Below are positions 9,823 to 20,561 of a stretch of 64,000 bases of DNA, one piece after another. The notes below the pieces were generated by a model. The model was given only the letters and a program-made list of their open reading frames with translations, searched no databases and was not told the DNA's origin. The stretch covers positions 8,367-72,366 of the forward strand of contig JAFQZS010000047.1 of NCBI GenBank assembly GCA_017405765.1. The letters are read 5' to 3'. Source of the stretch: Clostridia bacterium. GTDB lineage: Bacteria; Bacillota; Clostridia; Oscillospirales; RGIG577. Every line of letters starts with the position of its first letter. The stretch's first letter is position 1. The position numbers and the translations under genes were made by a program.

Positions 9823-11085
9823 ATGTTCGATATAGACGAAAGAGTATTGAATTTATGCGGCGAGGCTGAAAAGAGCGTACGCCCCCAGTTTGAGCGCATA
9901 GACGAGATATGCAGATACAACACGATGAAGGTGCATCATGCTTTTTATAAGAACAAAGTAAGCGAGACGCACTTTATAGGCACCACAGGATACGGCTATT
10001 CCGACAGGGGCAGAGACGACCTTGACCGCGTATACGCCGACGCCTTTGAATGCGAGGACGCGCTTGTGCGCCATTCGATAGTTTCCGGCACGCACGCGCT
10101 TGACATAGCGCTTTTCGGACTTATGAGGCCAGGGAAAACGCTTTTATCGATCACGGGAAAGCCCTACGACACGCTTGACGAGATAATAGGCATAGCGGGG
10201 AAGAAGGGCGCGGGATCGCTTATTGATTTCGGAGTAAAATACCGCCAGACGGAGCTTAAAGACGGCCGAATAGATACTGACGCGGCCATAGAGGCGATGG
10301 ACGATACGGTGAGCGTCGTGTTCGTGCAGCGCTCAAAGGGATACGCCTCCGACAGGCGCACGCTCACCTCAAAGGAGATAGGCGACGCGGCGAAAACAAT
10401 AAAGGAAAAGTATCCCGACGTCGTCGTTTTGGTCGATAACTGTTACGGCGAATTCGTAGAGAAGCACGAACCGGTATACTACGGCGCGGACGTTATCGTA
10501 GGCTCGCTTATAAAAAATCCCGGCGGCAGCCTTGCGCGTTCGGGCGGCTATATGGCGGGCCGCGCCGATCTTATCGAGCTTATATCATACAGACTCACCT
10601 CGCCCGGAATAGGGCGCGAGGTGGGCGCCTCGCTAGGACAGAACCTCGATATGTACCGCGGATTTTATATGGCGCCGCATATAACGGCGCAGGCGTTAAA
10701 GACGAGCGTGTTCTGCGCGGAGGTTTATAAGCGGCTCGGATTTCATGTGAGCCCCGCGCCCGACGAGATAAGAAGCGATATAATCCTTGCGATAACGCTG
10801 GGAAGCGATAAGCTGCTTTCCGCGTTCTGCCGGGGGATACAGATGGGGGCGCCCGTTGATTCGTTTGTAACGCCCGAACCGTGGGATATGCCGGGCTATC
10901 AGGATAAGGTCATAATGGCGGCGGGCGCGTTCATCGGCGGCGCATCCATAGAGCTTTCGGCGGACGGACCGATGCGCGAGCCTTATATAGCTTACGTGCA
11001 GGGCGGCATAACGTGGGAAAGCGGATATCTTGGGATCGCGCTTTCAGTCGAAAAGCTGTTCTCGGAAGGACTTATAAATATTTAA
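9823..11085 (+). CDS. YnbB-type PLP-dependent enzyme (methionine gamma-lyase family, 'aluminium resistance protein')
   Basis: The N-terminus ...FIGTTGYGYSDRGRDDLDRVYADAF..EDALVR..IVSGTHA is characteristic. It sits next to hflX, as B. subtilis ynbA/ynbB do. Confidence 0.8.
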   Translation: MFDIDERVLNLCGEAEKSVRPQFERIDEICRYNTMKVHHAFYKNKVSETHFIGTTGYGYSDRGRDDLDRVYADAFECEDALVRHSIVSGTHALDIALFGLMRPGKTLLSITGKPYDTLDEIIGIAGKKGAGSLIDFGVKYRQTELKDGRIDTDAAIEAMDDTVSVVFVQRSKGYASDRRTLTSKEIGDAAKTIKEKYPDVVVLVDNCYGEFVEKHEPVYYGADVIVGSLIKNPGGSLARSGGYMAGRADLIELISYRLTSPGIGREVGASLGQNLDMYRGFYMAPHITAQALKTSVFCAEVYKRLGFHVSPAPDEIRSDIILAITLGSDKLLSAFCRGIQMGAPVDSFVTPEPWDMPGYQDKVIMAAGAFIGGASIELSADGPMREPYIAYVQGGITWESGYLGIALSVEKLFSEGLINI

Positions 11086-11170
11086 CGCGCGAAAAAAGTG
11101 TTTTTTGAGTGAAGCGGCGTATTAAATATATAGACAGGTGTTTTTTTAGAGTATTTTTTCGAGAGTTGTA

Positions 11171-12448
11171 ATGAATAATTTTGACAAAGAAGAAAAAAGA
11201 CCGCGTGAAAAAGCAATATTGGTAGGCGTTGAGTTTACTGCGGCGGGTCATAAGGGCAGCAGCCTTGAAAGCTTAAAGGAGCTGTCAAGGCTTTTAGACA
11301 CTGCGGGAGGAGAAACTGTTTTTACAGTATTCCAAAAAAGGCCCGCTCCCGATCCCGCCACTTATGTGGGAGAGGGCAAGACTGACGAGATAAAGCGCGC
11401 CGCGGAGGCGCTCTCTGCGACTTTAGTCGTTTTCGACGCGGAGCTTAAGCCCACGCATATCAAAAATCTTTCGGACGAGCTCGGCGTAATGGTCATAGAC
11501 AAAAGCACGCTGATACTCGATATTTTTGCGCTTCACGCCTCCACGCGAGAGGGAAAGATAGGCGTGGAGCTCGCTCAGCTTAAATATCAGCTTCCGCGGC
11601 TTCTCGGCATGGGACGCAATCTGTCGAGGCTGGGCGGCGGCATCGGCACGCGAGGCCCCGGCGAAACGAAGCTTGAGACAGACCGCCGCCATATCCGCGC
11701 GCGCATCGAGATGCTTGAGCGTGAGCTTTCCGACATACAGCGCACGCGGAGCGTGCAGAGGAAGGCGCGCACGAAAAGCACGATACCCAAAATAGCCATA
11801 ATAGGATATACGAACGCGGGCAAATCAACGCTTCTTAATCATCTCACCGACGCCGGAGTGCTTGCCGAGGACAAGCTGTTCGCAACGCTTTCGACCACTA
11901 CGAGAAGGCTTAGTATATCGGACACATGCGAAGCGCTAATAACCGATACGGTAGGTTTTATAAACGATCTGCCGCGCCATCTTTTCGAGGCGTTTGCCTC
12001 TACGTTCGACGAACTTAGGTGGGCTGACCTTTTTTGGCACGTAGTGGATATATCTGACGAGGATCATAAAGACCAGATGAAAGCGGTGCATGAGCTTATC
12101 GCGCGCATGGACGCTGAGGCGACCGACTGTATAACAGTTTACAATAAATGCGACGCTTCAAGCGGCGAACGGCTTGATTTTTCGTCGGATGCCGTATATA
12201 TTTCCGCAAAAACGGGCGAAGGCATAGGCGAGCTTCTTTCTCTTACCGAGAAGAAGCTTCAGAACAGGAAAAAACAGATGCGCCTTATTATACCTTACGA
12301 CAAAGGAGGCCTTGTAAGCCTTCTTCATGAAACGTCGAAGGTCATATGCGAGGAATACCGCGAAAGCGGCGTTCTTATAAGCGCGATAGTCGATGCGCAG
12401 GTTTACGGGAAAGTGAAAGAGCACGAGGTGGCGGACGATGGAGTATAA
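11171..12448 (+). CDS. hflX: GTPase HflX
   Basis: The HflX N-domain (LAQLKYQLPRL..GGGIGTRGPGETKLE.DRR) is followed by G motifs GYTNAGKST and DTVGF. Confidence 0.9.
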   Translation: MNNFDKEEKRPREKAILVGVEFTAAGHKGSSLESLKELSRLLDTAGGETVFTVFQKRPAPDPATYVGEGKTDEIKRAAEALSATLVVFDAELKPTHIKNLSDELGVMVIDKSTLILDIFALHASTREGKIGVELAQLKYQLPRLLGMGRNLSRLGGGIGTRGPGETKLETDRRHIRARIEMLERELSDIQRTRSVQRKARTKSTIPKIAIIGYTNAGKSTLLNHLTDAGVLAEDKLFATLSTTTRRLSISDTCEALITDTVGFINDLPRHLFEAFASTFDELRWADLFWHVVDISDEDHKDQMKAVHELIARMDAEATDCITVYNKCDASSGERLDFSSDAVYISAKTGEGIGELLSLTEKKLQNRKKQMRLIIPYDKGGLVSLLHETSKVICEEYRESGVLISAIVDAQVYGKVKEHEVADDGV

Positions 12449-13055
12449 AACGGTAAAAAGCGAGGCAACTGGCGAATTTATTGAAAAGCGTTCGCGCTTT
12501 TTATGTCACGTAAAGCCCGTTTCGACTAATGAGGAAGCCGTTAAATTCATAAACGAAAAGAAGTCCAAATACTGGGACGCCACGCATAACGTGTACGCGT
12601 ACATACTGCGCGAAGGCGGTATAATGCGCTACTCCGACGACGGAGAGCCGCAGGGCACGGCGGGACAGCCCGCGCTGGAGGTTTTGCGCCGCGAAGAGCT
12701 TTATGACCTTGTCGTCGTTATAACACGCTATTTCGGCGGTATAATGCTTGGCGCGGGGGGCCTTGTGCGCGCCTACGCAAGAGGCGCGAAGGAGGCCGTT
12801 GAGGCCGGCGGCGTCGCGCTCATGTGTTTGTGCCGAGACTTCGAGCTTAAAATAGAATACGCTCAGTACGAGCAGACGAAAAAGACTTTGGAAGCCATGG
12901 GCGCGGTTATTGCCGATACAGAGTACGCCGACAAGGTGACGATAAAGTATTACGTAAAGAAAAGCGAAGAGGACAAGCTTTCACACGCTCTTACGGAGCT
13001 TACGAACGGAGCGGCTTCGCCGAAGGCTTTGAAAGAAAGATTTATGCCTATTTAA
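12438..13055 (+). CDS. yigZ: YigZ/IMPACT family protein
   Basis: IEKRSRFLCHV...KYWDATHNVYAY...DDGEPQGTAG.P motif. It overlaps the hflX stop. Confidence 0.85.
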   Translation: MEYKTVKSEATGEFIEKRSRFLCHVKPVSTNEEAVKFINEKKSKYWDATHNVYAYILREGGIMRYSDDGEPQGTAGQPALEVLRREELYDLVVVITRYFGGIMLGAGGLVRAYARGAKEAVEAGGVALMCLCRDFELKIEYAQYEQTKKTLEAMGAVIADTEYADKVTIKYYVKKSEEDKLSHALTELTNGAASPKALKERFMPI

Positions 13056-13067
13056 GGAGGCGGTCTT

Positions 13068-14084
13068 ATGACGATAAAGGACAGGATAGAGTTATTCGAG
13101 GAGAACTGTCTTTCGCCTTACGCGGCGAAGAGCAAAAACGCTCACAGAAGCGCGCCCGACACGCCCAACGATATGAGAGGCGAGTTTCAGCGCGACCGCG
13201 ACAGGATAATCCACTCAAAGGCTTTCCGCCGCCTTATGCATAAGACCCAGGTATTTATTTCGCCTCAGGCGGACCATTACAGAACGAGGCTTACGCATAC
13301 GTTCGAGGTCATGCAGATAGCGCGCTCAATTGCGCGCGCGCTTATGCTCAACGAGGACCTGACGGAGGCCGTTTCGCTGGGACACGACCTCGGTCATACG
13401 CCGTTCGGCCACGCGGGCGAGCGCGCCCTTTCCGAGCTTTTCAAAAGCGAGGGCGGCTTTGACCACGCCTGCCAGAGCGTGAGAGTCGTGCGGCTTTTGG
13501 AAAAGGACGGGCGCGGACTTAATCTTACGGACGAGGTATGCGACGGCATACTCAATCATTCTACGGGCAAAAGGGCAAAAACGCTTGAAGGCCGGATAGT
13601 CAATTTAGCCGACAAGATCGCCTATATAAACCATGACATAGACGACGCGATAAGCGCGGGGATCCTGTCGTCGGAGGCGCTGCCTTCCGAGCTTACGGAT
13701 ATATTCGGCGATACGGGGCGAAAGCGCATCGATACGATGATACGAAGCGTCGTTGATTATAGCAGGAACAAAGGCGACGTGAAGATGGAGCCTTCTTCGC
13801 TTAAAGCAATGTACGAGCTTAGAAAGTTTCTTTTTGAGAGCGTATACAACAATCCGAAGGTGCGCGGCGAGGAGCCGAAGGTCCATTCGCTCATCATGCA
13901 GCTTTTTGAGTATTTTACGGCGCACCCCGAAAAGCTGCCGAACGATTACGCCTTTGTCGCAGAGCGCGACGGCGTGAGGGCTTCGGTGCGCGATTATATC
14001 GCCGGCATGACGGACAGATACGCGCTTGAGATGTATAAGTCGCTGTTTTTGCCGAGGTCGTTTACCATGAAGGCGAACGACTGA
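13068..14084 (+). CDS. dgt: dGTPase-like HD-domain triphosphohydrolase
   Basis: FQRDRDRIIHSKAFRRL..KTQVF, HYRTRLTHTFEV, GHDLGHTPFGH. It sits directly upstream of dnaG, as in other Firmicutes. Confidence 0.85.
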   Translation: MTIKDRIELFEENCLSPYAAKSKNAHRSAPDTPNDMRGEFQRDRDRIIHSKAFRRLMHKTQVFISPQADHYRTRLTHTFEVMQIARSIARALMLNEDLTEAVSLGHDLGHTPFGHAGERALSELFKSEGGFDHACQSVRVVRLLEKDGRGLNLTDEVCDGILNHSTGKRAKTLEGRIVNLADKIAYINHDIDDAISAGILSSEALPSELTDIFGDTGRKRIDTMIRSVVDYSRNKGDVKMEPSSLKAMYELRKFLFESVYNNPKVRGEEPKVHSLIMQLFEYFTAHPEKLPNDYAFVAERDGVRASVRDYIAGMTDRYALEMYKSLFLPRSFTMKAND

Positions 14085-14125
14085 CACAAACGGCAAATAA
14101 ATTGCAAAGGCAGGAGGTGGACGAC

Positions 14126-15847
14126 GTGGATATAATAGGGCGGGAAACGCTGGCCGACATACGCGCGGCATGCGATATTGCAGATATAGTGTCGCAGTAT
14201 GTGCCGCTTACAAAAAGCGGGAGCGGATATCTTAAGGGACTTTGCCCGTTCCATTCGGAAAAGACGCCGTCGTTTACCGTAACTCCCGCCAAAGGCATAT
14301 ATAAATGCTTCGGCTGCGGCGAAAGCGGCGACGTAATAACATTTATAATGAAAATAGAGGGCCTTGAATTTGTAGAGGCCGTGAAATTTCTTGCACAGAA
14401 GGCAAATATCGAGATAAAAATGAGTAAAGAGGGCGAGCAGCTTTTAAAACAGAGGCGCTCTCTCTATGAAATAAACCGCGACGCCGCGCGCTACTATAAC
14501 GCCGTGCTTACTGCGGACAACGAAAACGACGGTATCTTGTATCTTAGGAAACGCGGGCTTTCGGACAGGCTGATAAAAACATACGGCCTCGGATTTTCTC
14601 TTAATACGTGGGACGGCGTAACTTCGCATCTTTTGGCGAAGGGGTATTCGCCCTCGCAGCTTGTCGAGCTGGGCCTTTCGGTAAAAAACAAGTCAGGAGG
14701 GCTTTACGACAGATTCAGAAACCGCGTGATGTTTCCTATAATCGACATATCGGGCAATGTTATAGGCTTCGGAGGACGTACCGTGTCAAACGAAGGAGCG
14801 AAGTACTTGAATTCTCCCGAAAGCCCGATATTCAAAAAGAGCGAAAACCTGTTTTCACTCAATTTTGCAAAAGCTCAAAAAAGCGACACGCTCATTCTGG
14901 CTGAAGGATATATGGATGTTATATCGCTTTACGGCGCGGGCTTTAAATATGCCGCGGCGTCTTTGGGCACCTCGCTTACGGCGCAGCAGGCGCGTCTTGC
15001 CGCCAGATTTTTTAAAAAGATAGCGATAGCATACGATTCCGACAACGCGGGAAGGGCGGCCTCGGCAAAAGCATTGAATCTTTTTTCCGATCTGAACGTC
15101 GAAGTAAAGGTGCTCGATCTGGGAGACAAAAAGGACCCGGACGAATTCATCCGCGCATACGGAGCGGGCGCGTTTTCAAAGCTTTTCGACTCGTCGAAGG
15201 GATACATAGATTACTCGCTTTATGAGCTTTCGCAAAAAAACGACGTAAGCGACCCGCGAGGGAAGGTCTCTTTTCTTCGCGGCGCGGCGGCCATACTTGC
15301 CGACGTGAAAAGCTCGCTCGAACGCGACGTATATATTTCAAAGATCGCGGCGGAATACGACGTATCGCGCGAGGCGCTGGAGGGCGAGATAAAGCGCATT
15401 GTAAGAAATAACAGGCGGCAGGCCGAAACAAAGCGAAAACGCGAGCTTATATCGCCTGCGGCAAAGAAGAACGCTCCGCCGACGTCAGAGCAGCTTCTAC
15501 TTTCCATATTATTCGACGAGCCCGCGCTTTGGGACGAAATAAGCCAAAGGATCTCGCCTGAGGATATGAAAGACGAAAAAGATGCAAAAATACTTAAATA
15601 TATCATCGACGCATACGACGAAGGCCGTCTTCCGGATATATCCGAAGCCCATTTATACCTTTCGGCAGATGAGGTGGGATATCTTGCTTCGATGATGCAG
15701 CACAGCTTTACCGACAGGAAAGGCGCTCTTTTGGATATTACGGCTCATCTGGAGGAGGAGCGCCTTAAAGAGGAGAGCGTTCTAAAAGAGGACGTTACGA
15801 AAAAATGGGTAGAGCTTCTTAAGAAGAAAAAAGCAGGCAATTCTTAA
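14126..15847 (+). CDS. dnaG: DNA primase
   Basis: Zinc-ribbon [15 protein letters not shown]...[13 protein letters not shown] and a TOPRIM EGYMDV motif. The start was set to the GTG at 14126, 8 nt after an AGGAGG. The ORF track begins at a TTG at 14102. Confidence 0.9.
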   Translation: MDIIGRETLADIRAACDIADIVSQYVPLTKSGSGYLKGLCPFHSEKTPSFTVTPAKGIYKCFGCGESGDVITFIMKIEGLEFVEAVKFLAQKANIEIKMSKEGEQLLKQRRSLYEINRDAARYYNAVLTADNENDGILYLRKRGLSDRLIKTYGLGFSLNTWDGVTSHLLAKGYSPSQLVELGLSVKNKSGGLYDRFRNRVMFPIIDISGNVIGFGGRTVSNEGAKYLNSPESPIFKKSENLFSLNFAKAQKSDTLILAEGYMDVISLYGAGFKYAAASLGTSLTAQQARLAARFFKKIAIAYDSDNAGRAASAKALNLFSDLNVEVKVLDLGDKKDPDEFIRAYGAGAFSKLFDSSKGYIDYSLYELSQKNDVSDPRGKVSFLRGAAAILADVKSSLERDVYISKIAAEYDVSREALEGEIKRIVRNNRRQAETKRKRELISPAAKKNAPPTSEQLLLSILFDEPALWDEISQRISPEDMKDEKDAKILKYIIDAYDEGRLPDISEAHLYLSADEVGYLASMMQHSFTDRKGALLDITAHLEEERLKEESVLKEDVTKKWVELLKKKKAGNS

Positions 15848-15867
15848 AAAGAAGGACGGAGATAAAT

Positions 15868-16947
15868 ATGGCAGAAGAAAAGACCAATATATTAAAGGAA
15901 CTTGTAGAGACCGCCAAAAAGCGCGGAAGCATGTCCAATAAAGAGATATTGGATATGCTGGAGGATGTGGATATCGACGTAGAGGTGATGGAAAAGCTCT
16001 ATGAAACGCTTGAAAGCCTTGGCATAGAGATAGCTCCGGATGAGGAGGATTTTTCACCCGAGGATCTGTCCTTACCTGAGGAACAGGGCGAATCGCAGCC
16101 TTCGTCCGGCGAGTCGTTCGCAATAGACGATCCCGTGAGAATGTATTTAAAGGAAATAGGAAAGGTAAATCTTCTGTCGGGCGATGAGGAGATAGAGCTG
16201 GCAAAGCGAATGGCCGAGGGCGATGAAGAGGCCAAAAAGAAGCTTGCCGAGGCAAACTTAAGACTTGTGGTAAGTATAGCAAAGCGCTACGTGGGGCGCG
16301 GTATGCTCTTTCTCGATCTTATACAGGAGGGCAACATGGGCCTTATCAAGGCAGTGGAAAAATTTGACTATACACGCGGATATAAATTTTCCACTTATGC
16401 GACGTGGTGGATACGTCAGGCCATAACGCGCGCGATAGCCGACCAGGCGCGCACGATACGCATACCCGTTCACATGGTGGAGACCATAAATAAAATAATA
16501 AGAGTTTCGCGTCAGCTGCTTCAGGAATTGGGACATGATCCGCAGCCGGAGGATATAGCAAAAGAGATAAATATGCCCGTTGAAAAGGTGCGCGAGATCA
16601 TGAAGATAGCACAGGAGCCCGTATCGCTTGAAACGCCGATAGGCGAAGAAGAGGACAGTCATCTCGGCGATTTTATTCAGGACAACGACTCTCCGGAGCC
16701 TGCCGTTGCCGCCGCCGAAACGCTCTTAAAGGAGCAGCTTGCAGAAGTGTTAAAAACTCTTACCGAAAGAGAAGCTACAGTGCTGCAGCGCCGCTTCGGC
16801 TTGATCGACGGGCGCGCCAGAACTCTTGAGGAAGTCGGCAAGGAGTTTAACGTTACAAGAGAGCGTATACGTCAGATAGAAGCGAAAGCTTTAAGAAAAC
16901 TGCGTCATCCCAGCCGCTCCAAACGGCTCAAAGACTTTTTGGACTAG
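15868..16947 (+). CDS. sigA: RNA polymerase primary-type sigma factor (group 1)
   Basis: Acidic region 1.1, [11 protein letters not shown], region 2 [33 protein letters not shown], and region 4.2 [33 protein letters not shown]. Confidence 0.9.
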   Translation: MAEEKTNILKELVETAKKRGSMSNKEILDMLEDVDIDVEVMEKLYETLESLGIEIAPDEEDFSPEDLSLPEEQGESQPSSGESFAIDDPVRMYLKEIGKVNLLSGDEEIELAKRMAEGDEEAKKKLAEANLRLVVSIAKRYVGRGMLFLDLIQEGNMGLIKAVEKFDYTRGYKFSTYATWWIRQAITRAIADQARTIRIPVHMVETINKIIRVSRQLLQELGHDPQPEDIAKEINMPVEKVREIMKIAQEPVSLETPIGEEEDSHLGDFIQDNDSPEPAVAAAETLLKEQLAEVLKTLTEREATVLQRRFGLIDGRARTLEEVGKEFNVTRERIRQIEAKALRKLRHPSRSKRLKDFLD

Positions 16948-16968
16948 AATATTATTTTGGAGGAAAGC

Positions 16969-18087
16969 ATGGCTGACGATAAGAACATAATCCTAAACAG
17001 AATAATTGCGATAGTTAAAGAAAAGGGTAGCATATCGCAAAAGGATATGCTTGATATACTTGACGAAGCCGATATGGACGTTGACGCAGTTGAAAAACTG
17101 TATGACGCCATGGAAGACGTTGGAATAAAAATAACGGAAGACCTTGAAGGAGATATGGAGTTTACACAGGAGGAATTCCAAAATGCCGAAACTGACGAGG
17201 AGCCTTCCGTTTCGGACGCACACACAGCCCACACCGACCGTGCGGTATACGATCCTGTAAGAATGTATTTAAGGGAAATAGGCAGCATATCGCTTTTGTC
17301 AGCTCCACAAGAGCTTTTATATGCGGAGATGATGACAAACGGAGATATGGATGCAAGGAACAAGCTCATAGAAGCCAATCTCCGCCTTGTTGTGAGCATA
17401 GCAAAAAGATATGTCGGCCGCGGCATACCTTTTTTAGACCTGATACAGGAGGGCAACATAGGCCTTATGAAGGCGGTAGAAAAGTTTGATTATACGCGCG
17501 GCTATAAGTTTTCCACATATGCAACGTGGTGGATACGCCAGTCGGTATCGCGCGCAATAGCTGATCAGGCGCGCACGATACGCATCCCCGTACATATGGT
17601 GGAGACTATAAACAAGATAAACCGCGTTTCGCGCAGGCTTACCCAGGAATTGGGGCATGAGCCCACGCCCGAAGAGATAGCGCGCGAGCTTTCAATGAGT
17701 CCCGAAAGAGTAAACGATATAATGAAGCTCGCTCAAGAGCCTGTGTCGCTTGATATGCCTATCGGCGAGGAGGACGACGGAACTTTGGGAGACTTTATCA
17801 AGGATTCCGACTCGCCGGACCCCGAACAGCTTGCATCGCTTGAAATGCTGAAGGCTCAGATCGCCGAAGTGCTTACAAAGCTTACTCCCAGAGAAGCGGA
17901 GGTGATACGTATGCGCTTCGGGCTTTTGCCCGACGGACGAATACGAACGCTCGAAGAAACGGGCATGCACTTCAATGTAACGCGTGAGCGTGTGCGTCAG
18001 ATAGAGGCCAAGGCTTTAAGAAAGCTGAGACATCCGAGCCGCTCAAAGCAGCTCAGGGATTTTTATGCATACACAAAGGGTTTGTAA
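16969..18087 (+). CDS. second primary-type (group 1-like) sigma-70 factor, tandem paralog
   Basis: It has the same region 1.1-4.2 architecture as the upstream sigA, with long identical blocks. The start was set to the ATG at 16969 after a GGAGG RBS. Confidence 0.85.
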   Translation: MADDKNIILNRIIAIVKEKGSISQKDMLDILDEADMDVDAVEKLYDAMEDVGIKITEDLEGDMEFTQEEFQNAETDEEPSVSDAHTAHTDRAVYDPVRMYLREIGSISLLSAPQELLYAEMMTNGDMDARNKLIEANLRLVVSIAKRYVGRGIPFLDLIQEGNIGLMKAVEKFDYTRGYKFSTYATWWIRQSVSRAIADQARTIRIPVHMVETINKINRVSRRLTQELGHEPTPEEIARELSMSPERVNDIMKLAQEPVSLDMPIGEEDDGTLGDFIKDSDSPDPEQLASLEMLKAQIAEVLTKLTPREAEVIRMRFGLLPDGRIRTLEETGMHFNVTRERVRQIEAKALRKLRHPSRSKQLRDFYAYTKGL

Positions 18088-18105
18088 TTTAGTTAAGATT
18101 GGGGA

Positions 18106-18134
18106 TTGCAAACTATGAGCGTATAAGTTATAAT
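18106..18134 (+). promoter_or_regulatory. sigma-A promoter of the SRP RNA gene
   Basis: TTGCAA (18106-18111), a 17-nt spacer and TATAAT (18129-18134), about 7 nt upstream of the first base of the terminal helix. Confidence 0.55.
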
Positions 18135-18140
18135 ATTAAA

Positions 18141-18447
18141 AGCTGTGGCTTTAAGTAAGGCTGTGCTAGCCGGGGAGGCAGCGGCGCCCTGTCGCCTGCA
18201 ATCCGCTATAGCAGGGGTGAATCCCCGTTTTAGGGGCGCGTCGGTGTGGTCAGTCTTTTGTAAGTGGTTATGACGAATTGGTCTTGTGCAATAAAAACCT
18301 GTGAACCTTGTCAGGCGGGGAACCGAGCAGCAATAAGCAGTGATTTTTGTGTGCCGCAAGGGCGCCTGTTCCGAGCTAACTGCAAAATAAACGCATGGCG
18401 GTGTCGTTTCGAGATCGGGTGCGCAGCCTTACTTGGAGCCGCAGCTT
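18141..18447 (+). ncRNA. ffs: signal recognition particle RNA, long Bacillus type (scRNA) with Alu domain
   Basis: The domain IV motif GUCAGGCGGGGAACCGAGCAGCAAUAAGCAG has a GGAA tetraloop. The 5' domain GCCGGGGAGGCAGCGGCGCCCUGUCGCCUGCAAUCCGCUAUAGCAGGG matches the B. subtilis scRNA pattern. The terminal helix AAGCUGUGGCUUUAAGUAAGGCUG pairs with CAGCCUUACUUGGAGCCGCAGCUU. Its position directly upstream of dnaX-ybaB-recR matches B. subtilis scr. The ends are approximate. Confidence 0.9.
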
Positions 18448-18476
18448 TTGAATTTTAAAAAAAGAAGGGTGCAAAT

Positions 18477-20186
18477 ATGTATCAGGCGCTTTACCGGAAA
18501 TACCGTCCAAAGGTCTTTTCGGACGTGGTAGGTCAGGACCATATAACTACCACGCTTAAAAATGAGATAAAGCTTGGCCGTATCGCCCATGCATACCTTT
18601 TTACGGGTACGCGCGGAACGGGCAAGACAACGTGCGCCAAAATATTTGCAAAGGCAATAAATTGTCTTTCCCCGCATGACGGCGAACCGTGCGGAGAATG
18701 TGAAATATGCAAAGGCGTAGAAAACGAGAGCATCTTAGACGTTATCGAAATGGACGCGGCGTCTAATTCCGGCGTTGACAACATGCGCGATATCATTGAA
18801 GACGTGCGCAGCGCGCCGCTTATGACAAGGTATAAGGTTTACATAATCGACGAGGTGCACGCCCTGTCGGCGAATGCCTTCAACGCGCTTTTAAAGACGC
18901 TTGAGGAGCCGCCTGCGGATACGGTCTTTATACTGGCCACTACCGAAGTACATAAGCTTGCGGCAACTATTCTGTCACGATGCCAGCGCTTCGATTTCAG
19001 ACGTGTGGATACGGAACTTATTGCCGAAGTCATCTCAAAGATACTTAAGAGTCAGGAGATATCGTTTGATGAAGACGCAGCCATGGAAGTTGCGCGTATG
19101 GGACGCGGATCTGTGCGCGATGCGCTTTCGGTGCTTGAGCGCTGCATATCGGCAGACGAACGCTTAACGCGCGAGCATGTGCTGTCCATATTGGGCATGG
19201 CGAACGATGAGATGCTTTTGACCTTTTTGGACTGTTTTCATAATAAAGATCTTACGCGCGCCCTTTTGACGATGGAGCAGGTTTACGCCGGCGGAAAGGA
19301 TATAAGCGTGCTTTGCGAGCGGCTTATCTGGATGTGCCGCTGCGTACTTGTGGCAAAGTCGGGAAAGGCGGGAGCCGCGCTTATACAAAACAGCGAAAGC
19401 GGTGCGAAGGAAATAATCGAATTTTCGCGCAAGGTATCGCTTACCGAGGCGCTTTGGTGGTCTAAGGAGCTGTCGTCAACGCTTGACCGACTGCCGCGTA
19501 CCACATCTCACCGTATAGTATTTGAAATGTGTTTGATACGCCTTTGCGAGGAAAGGCTTTCTAATGACGAGGCGGCGCTTTCGGAGCGCGTAGCGAGGCT
19601 TGAAGATATGGTGTCGTCACAAGATCTCGTCATGCGGCCGGCAGGCGACTTAAAGCCTGCAAGTGTTTCCCCCAAAATGGCAAAGCCCGAAGAATATGAA
19701 GCGCCGCAAATAAATATATGTGCGGCTGATGAAAAAGAAGATGAAACGGCGCCCTTTGAGCCCGCAAAGCCCGAGGAAAACAAAGATGAGGCGATGACGC
19801 CCATAAAGGAGGAAGCCGCCGCTTCGCCTGCGCCTGAATATGAGGAAGGCCTCCCGTTCGGCAAATACGCAAGGACGATAGCCGAGATAATGAAAGACGA
19901 TCCGATGACGGGAAGCCTTATGAAAAATACGGCAGCATATGCATATAAAACGCATATCGAGATAATCTGCGCAAACATTTTTGATAAAGAGCTTTTGGAA
20001 AAGAATAAAAAAACCATAGAAGAAGCTATATCAAAACAGCTCGGCAAAAAGATGAAGGTAGAGCTTGCAGCAGGTAAAAAAAGCGATGCGCCGAAGATGC
20101 AAAAACGCGCTGCTGCCGAGCCCGATCCGCTCGATTCCATAGCGGAATATGACGAAGACAACAATATAACTTTTGACGATCTATAA
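18477..20186 (+). CDS. dnaX: DNA polymerase III subunit gamma/tau
   Basis: LYRKYRP..F.DVVGQ.HI, Walker A GTRGTGKTT, zinc module C..C..C, and IIDEVHALS. Confidence 0.9.
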   Translation: MYQALYRKYRPKVFSDVVGQDHITTTLKNEIKLGRIAHAYLFTGTRGTGKTTCAKIFAKAINCLSPHDGEPCGECEICKGVENESILDVIEMDAASNSGVDNMRDIIEDVRSAPLMTRYKVYIIDEVHALSANAFNALLKTLEEPPADTVFILATTEVHKLAATILSRCQRFDFRRVDTELIAEVISKILKSQEISFDEDAAMEVARMGRGSVRDALSVLERCISADERLTREHVLSILGMANDEMLLTFLDCFHNKDLTRALLTMEQVYAGGKDISVLCERLIWMCRCVLVAKSGKAGAALIQNSESGAKEIIEFSRKVSLTEALWWSKELSSTLDRLPRTTSHRIVFEMCLIRLCEERLSNDEAALSERVARLEDMVSSQDLVMRPAGDLKPASVSPKMAKPEEYEAPQINICAADEKEDETAPFEPAKPEENKDEAMTPIKEEAAASPAPEYEEGLPFGKYARTIAEIMKDDPMTGSLMKNTAAYAYKTHIEIICANIFDKELLEKNKKTIEEAISKQLGKKMKVELAAGKKSDAPKMQKRAAAEPDPLDSIAEYDEDNNITFDDL

Positions 20187-20213
20187 AAACTAACATTTAA
20201 AGGAGAGAACGAT

Positions 20214-20558
20214 ATGGCAAAAATGCCCAGAGGAGCAATGCCCAGAGGCGGTATGCCCAACATGAACAATATGATAAAGCAGGCACAGAAAATGCAGGCT
20301 GAGATGCAGAAAATACAGGACGAGTTTGAAACGAAGGAATTTGAGGTATCCTCAGGCGGCGGGGCCGTGAACGTGAAGATAAGCGGCAAGCTTGAGATAC
20401 TTGCTCTCGACATAAAGCCCGACGTGGTAGACCCCGAAGATATCGACATGCTGTCTGATCTTATAACTGCCGCCGTGAACGAAGCTATAAGAAAGGCGAC
20501 GTCTGAAAGAGAAGAGGCCCTCGGCAAGATAACGGGCGGTATGGGCGGCCTGTTTTAA
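20214..20558 (+). CDS. ybaB: YbaB/EbfC family nucleoid-associated protein
   Basis: MIKQAQKMQAEMQKIQDE...GGGAV.VKISG motif and dnaX-ybaB-recR synteny. Confidence 0.9.
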   Translation: MAKMPRGAMPRGGMPNMNNMIKQAQKMQAEMQKIQDEFETKEFEVSSGGGAVNVKISGKLEILALDIKPDVVDPEDIDMLSDLITAAVNEAIRKATSEREEALGKITGGMGGLF

Positions 20559-20561
20559 GCT

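Noticed and set aside
18093-18458. Two ORFs (88 aa minus strand, 64 aa plus strand) between the sigma paralog and dnaX
   Set aside because: The region is fully explained by the SRP RNA gene, with conserved domain IV and Alu-domain sequence plus a promoter. The ORFs lack RBSs.
19995-20085. A-runs in dnaX (AATAAAAAAACC at about 20003 and GTAAAAAAAGC at about 20074) as possible programmed frameshift or slippage sites producing a gamma subunit
   Set aside because: They lie within the last about 60 codons, far downstream of where tau/gamma truncation occurs. There is no A-AAA-AAG heptamer with a downstream stem-loop.
19508-20527. 339-aa minus-strand ORF, the longest unassigned ORF in the track
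   Set aside because: It is antisense to the well-supported dnaX 3' end and ybaB. The product is low-complexity and Ser/Ala/Phe/Ile-rich with no motifs. It is a typical shadow ORF of a GC-rich coding region.
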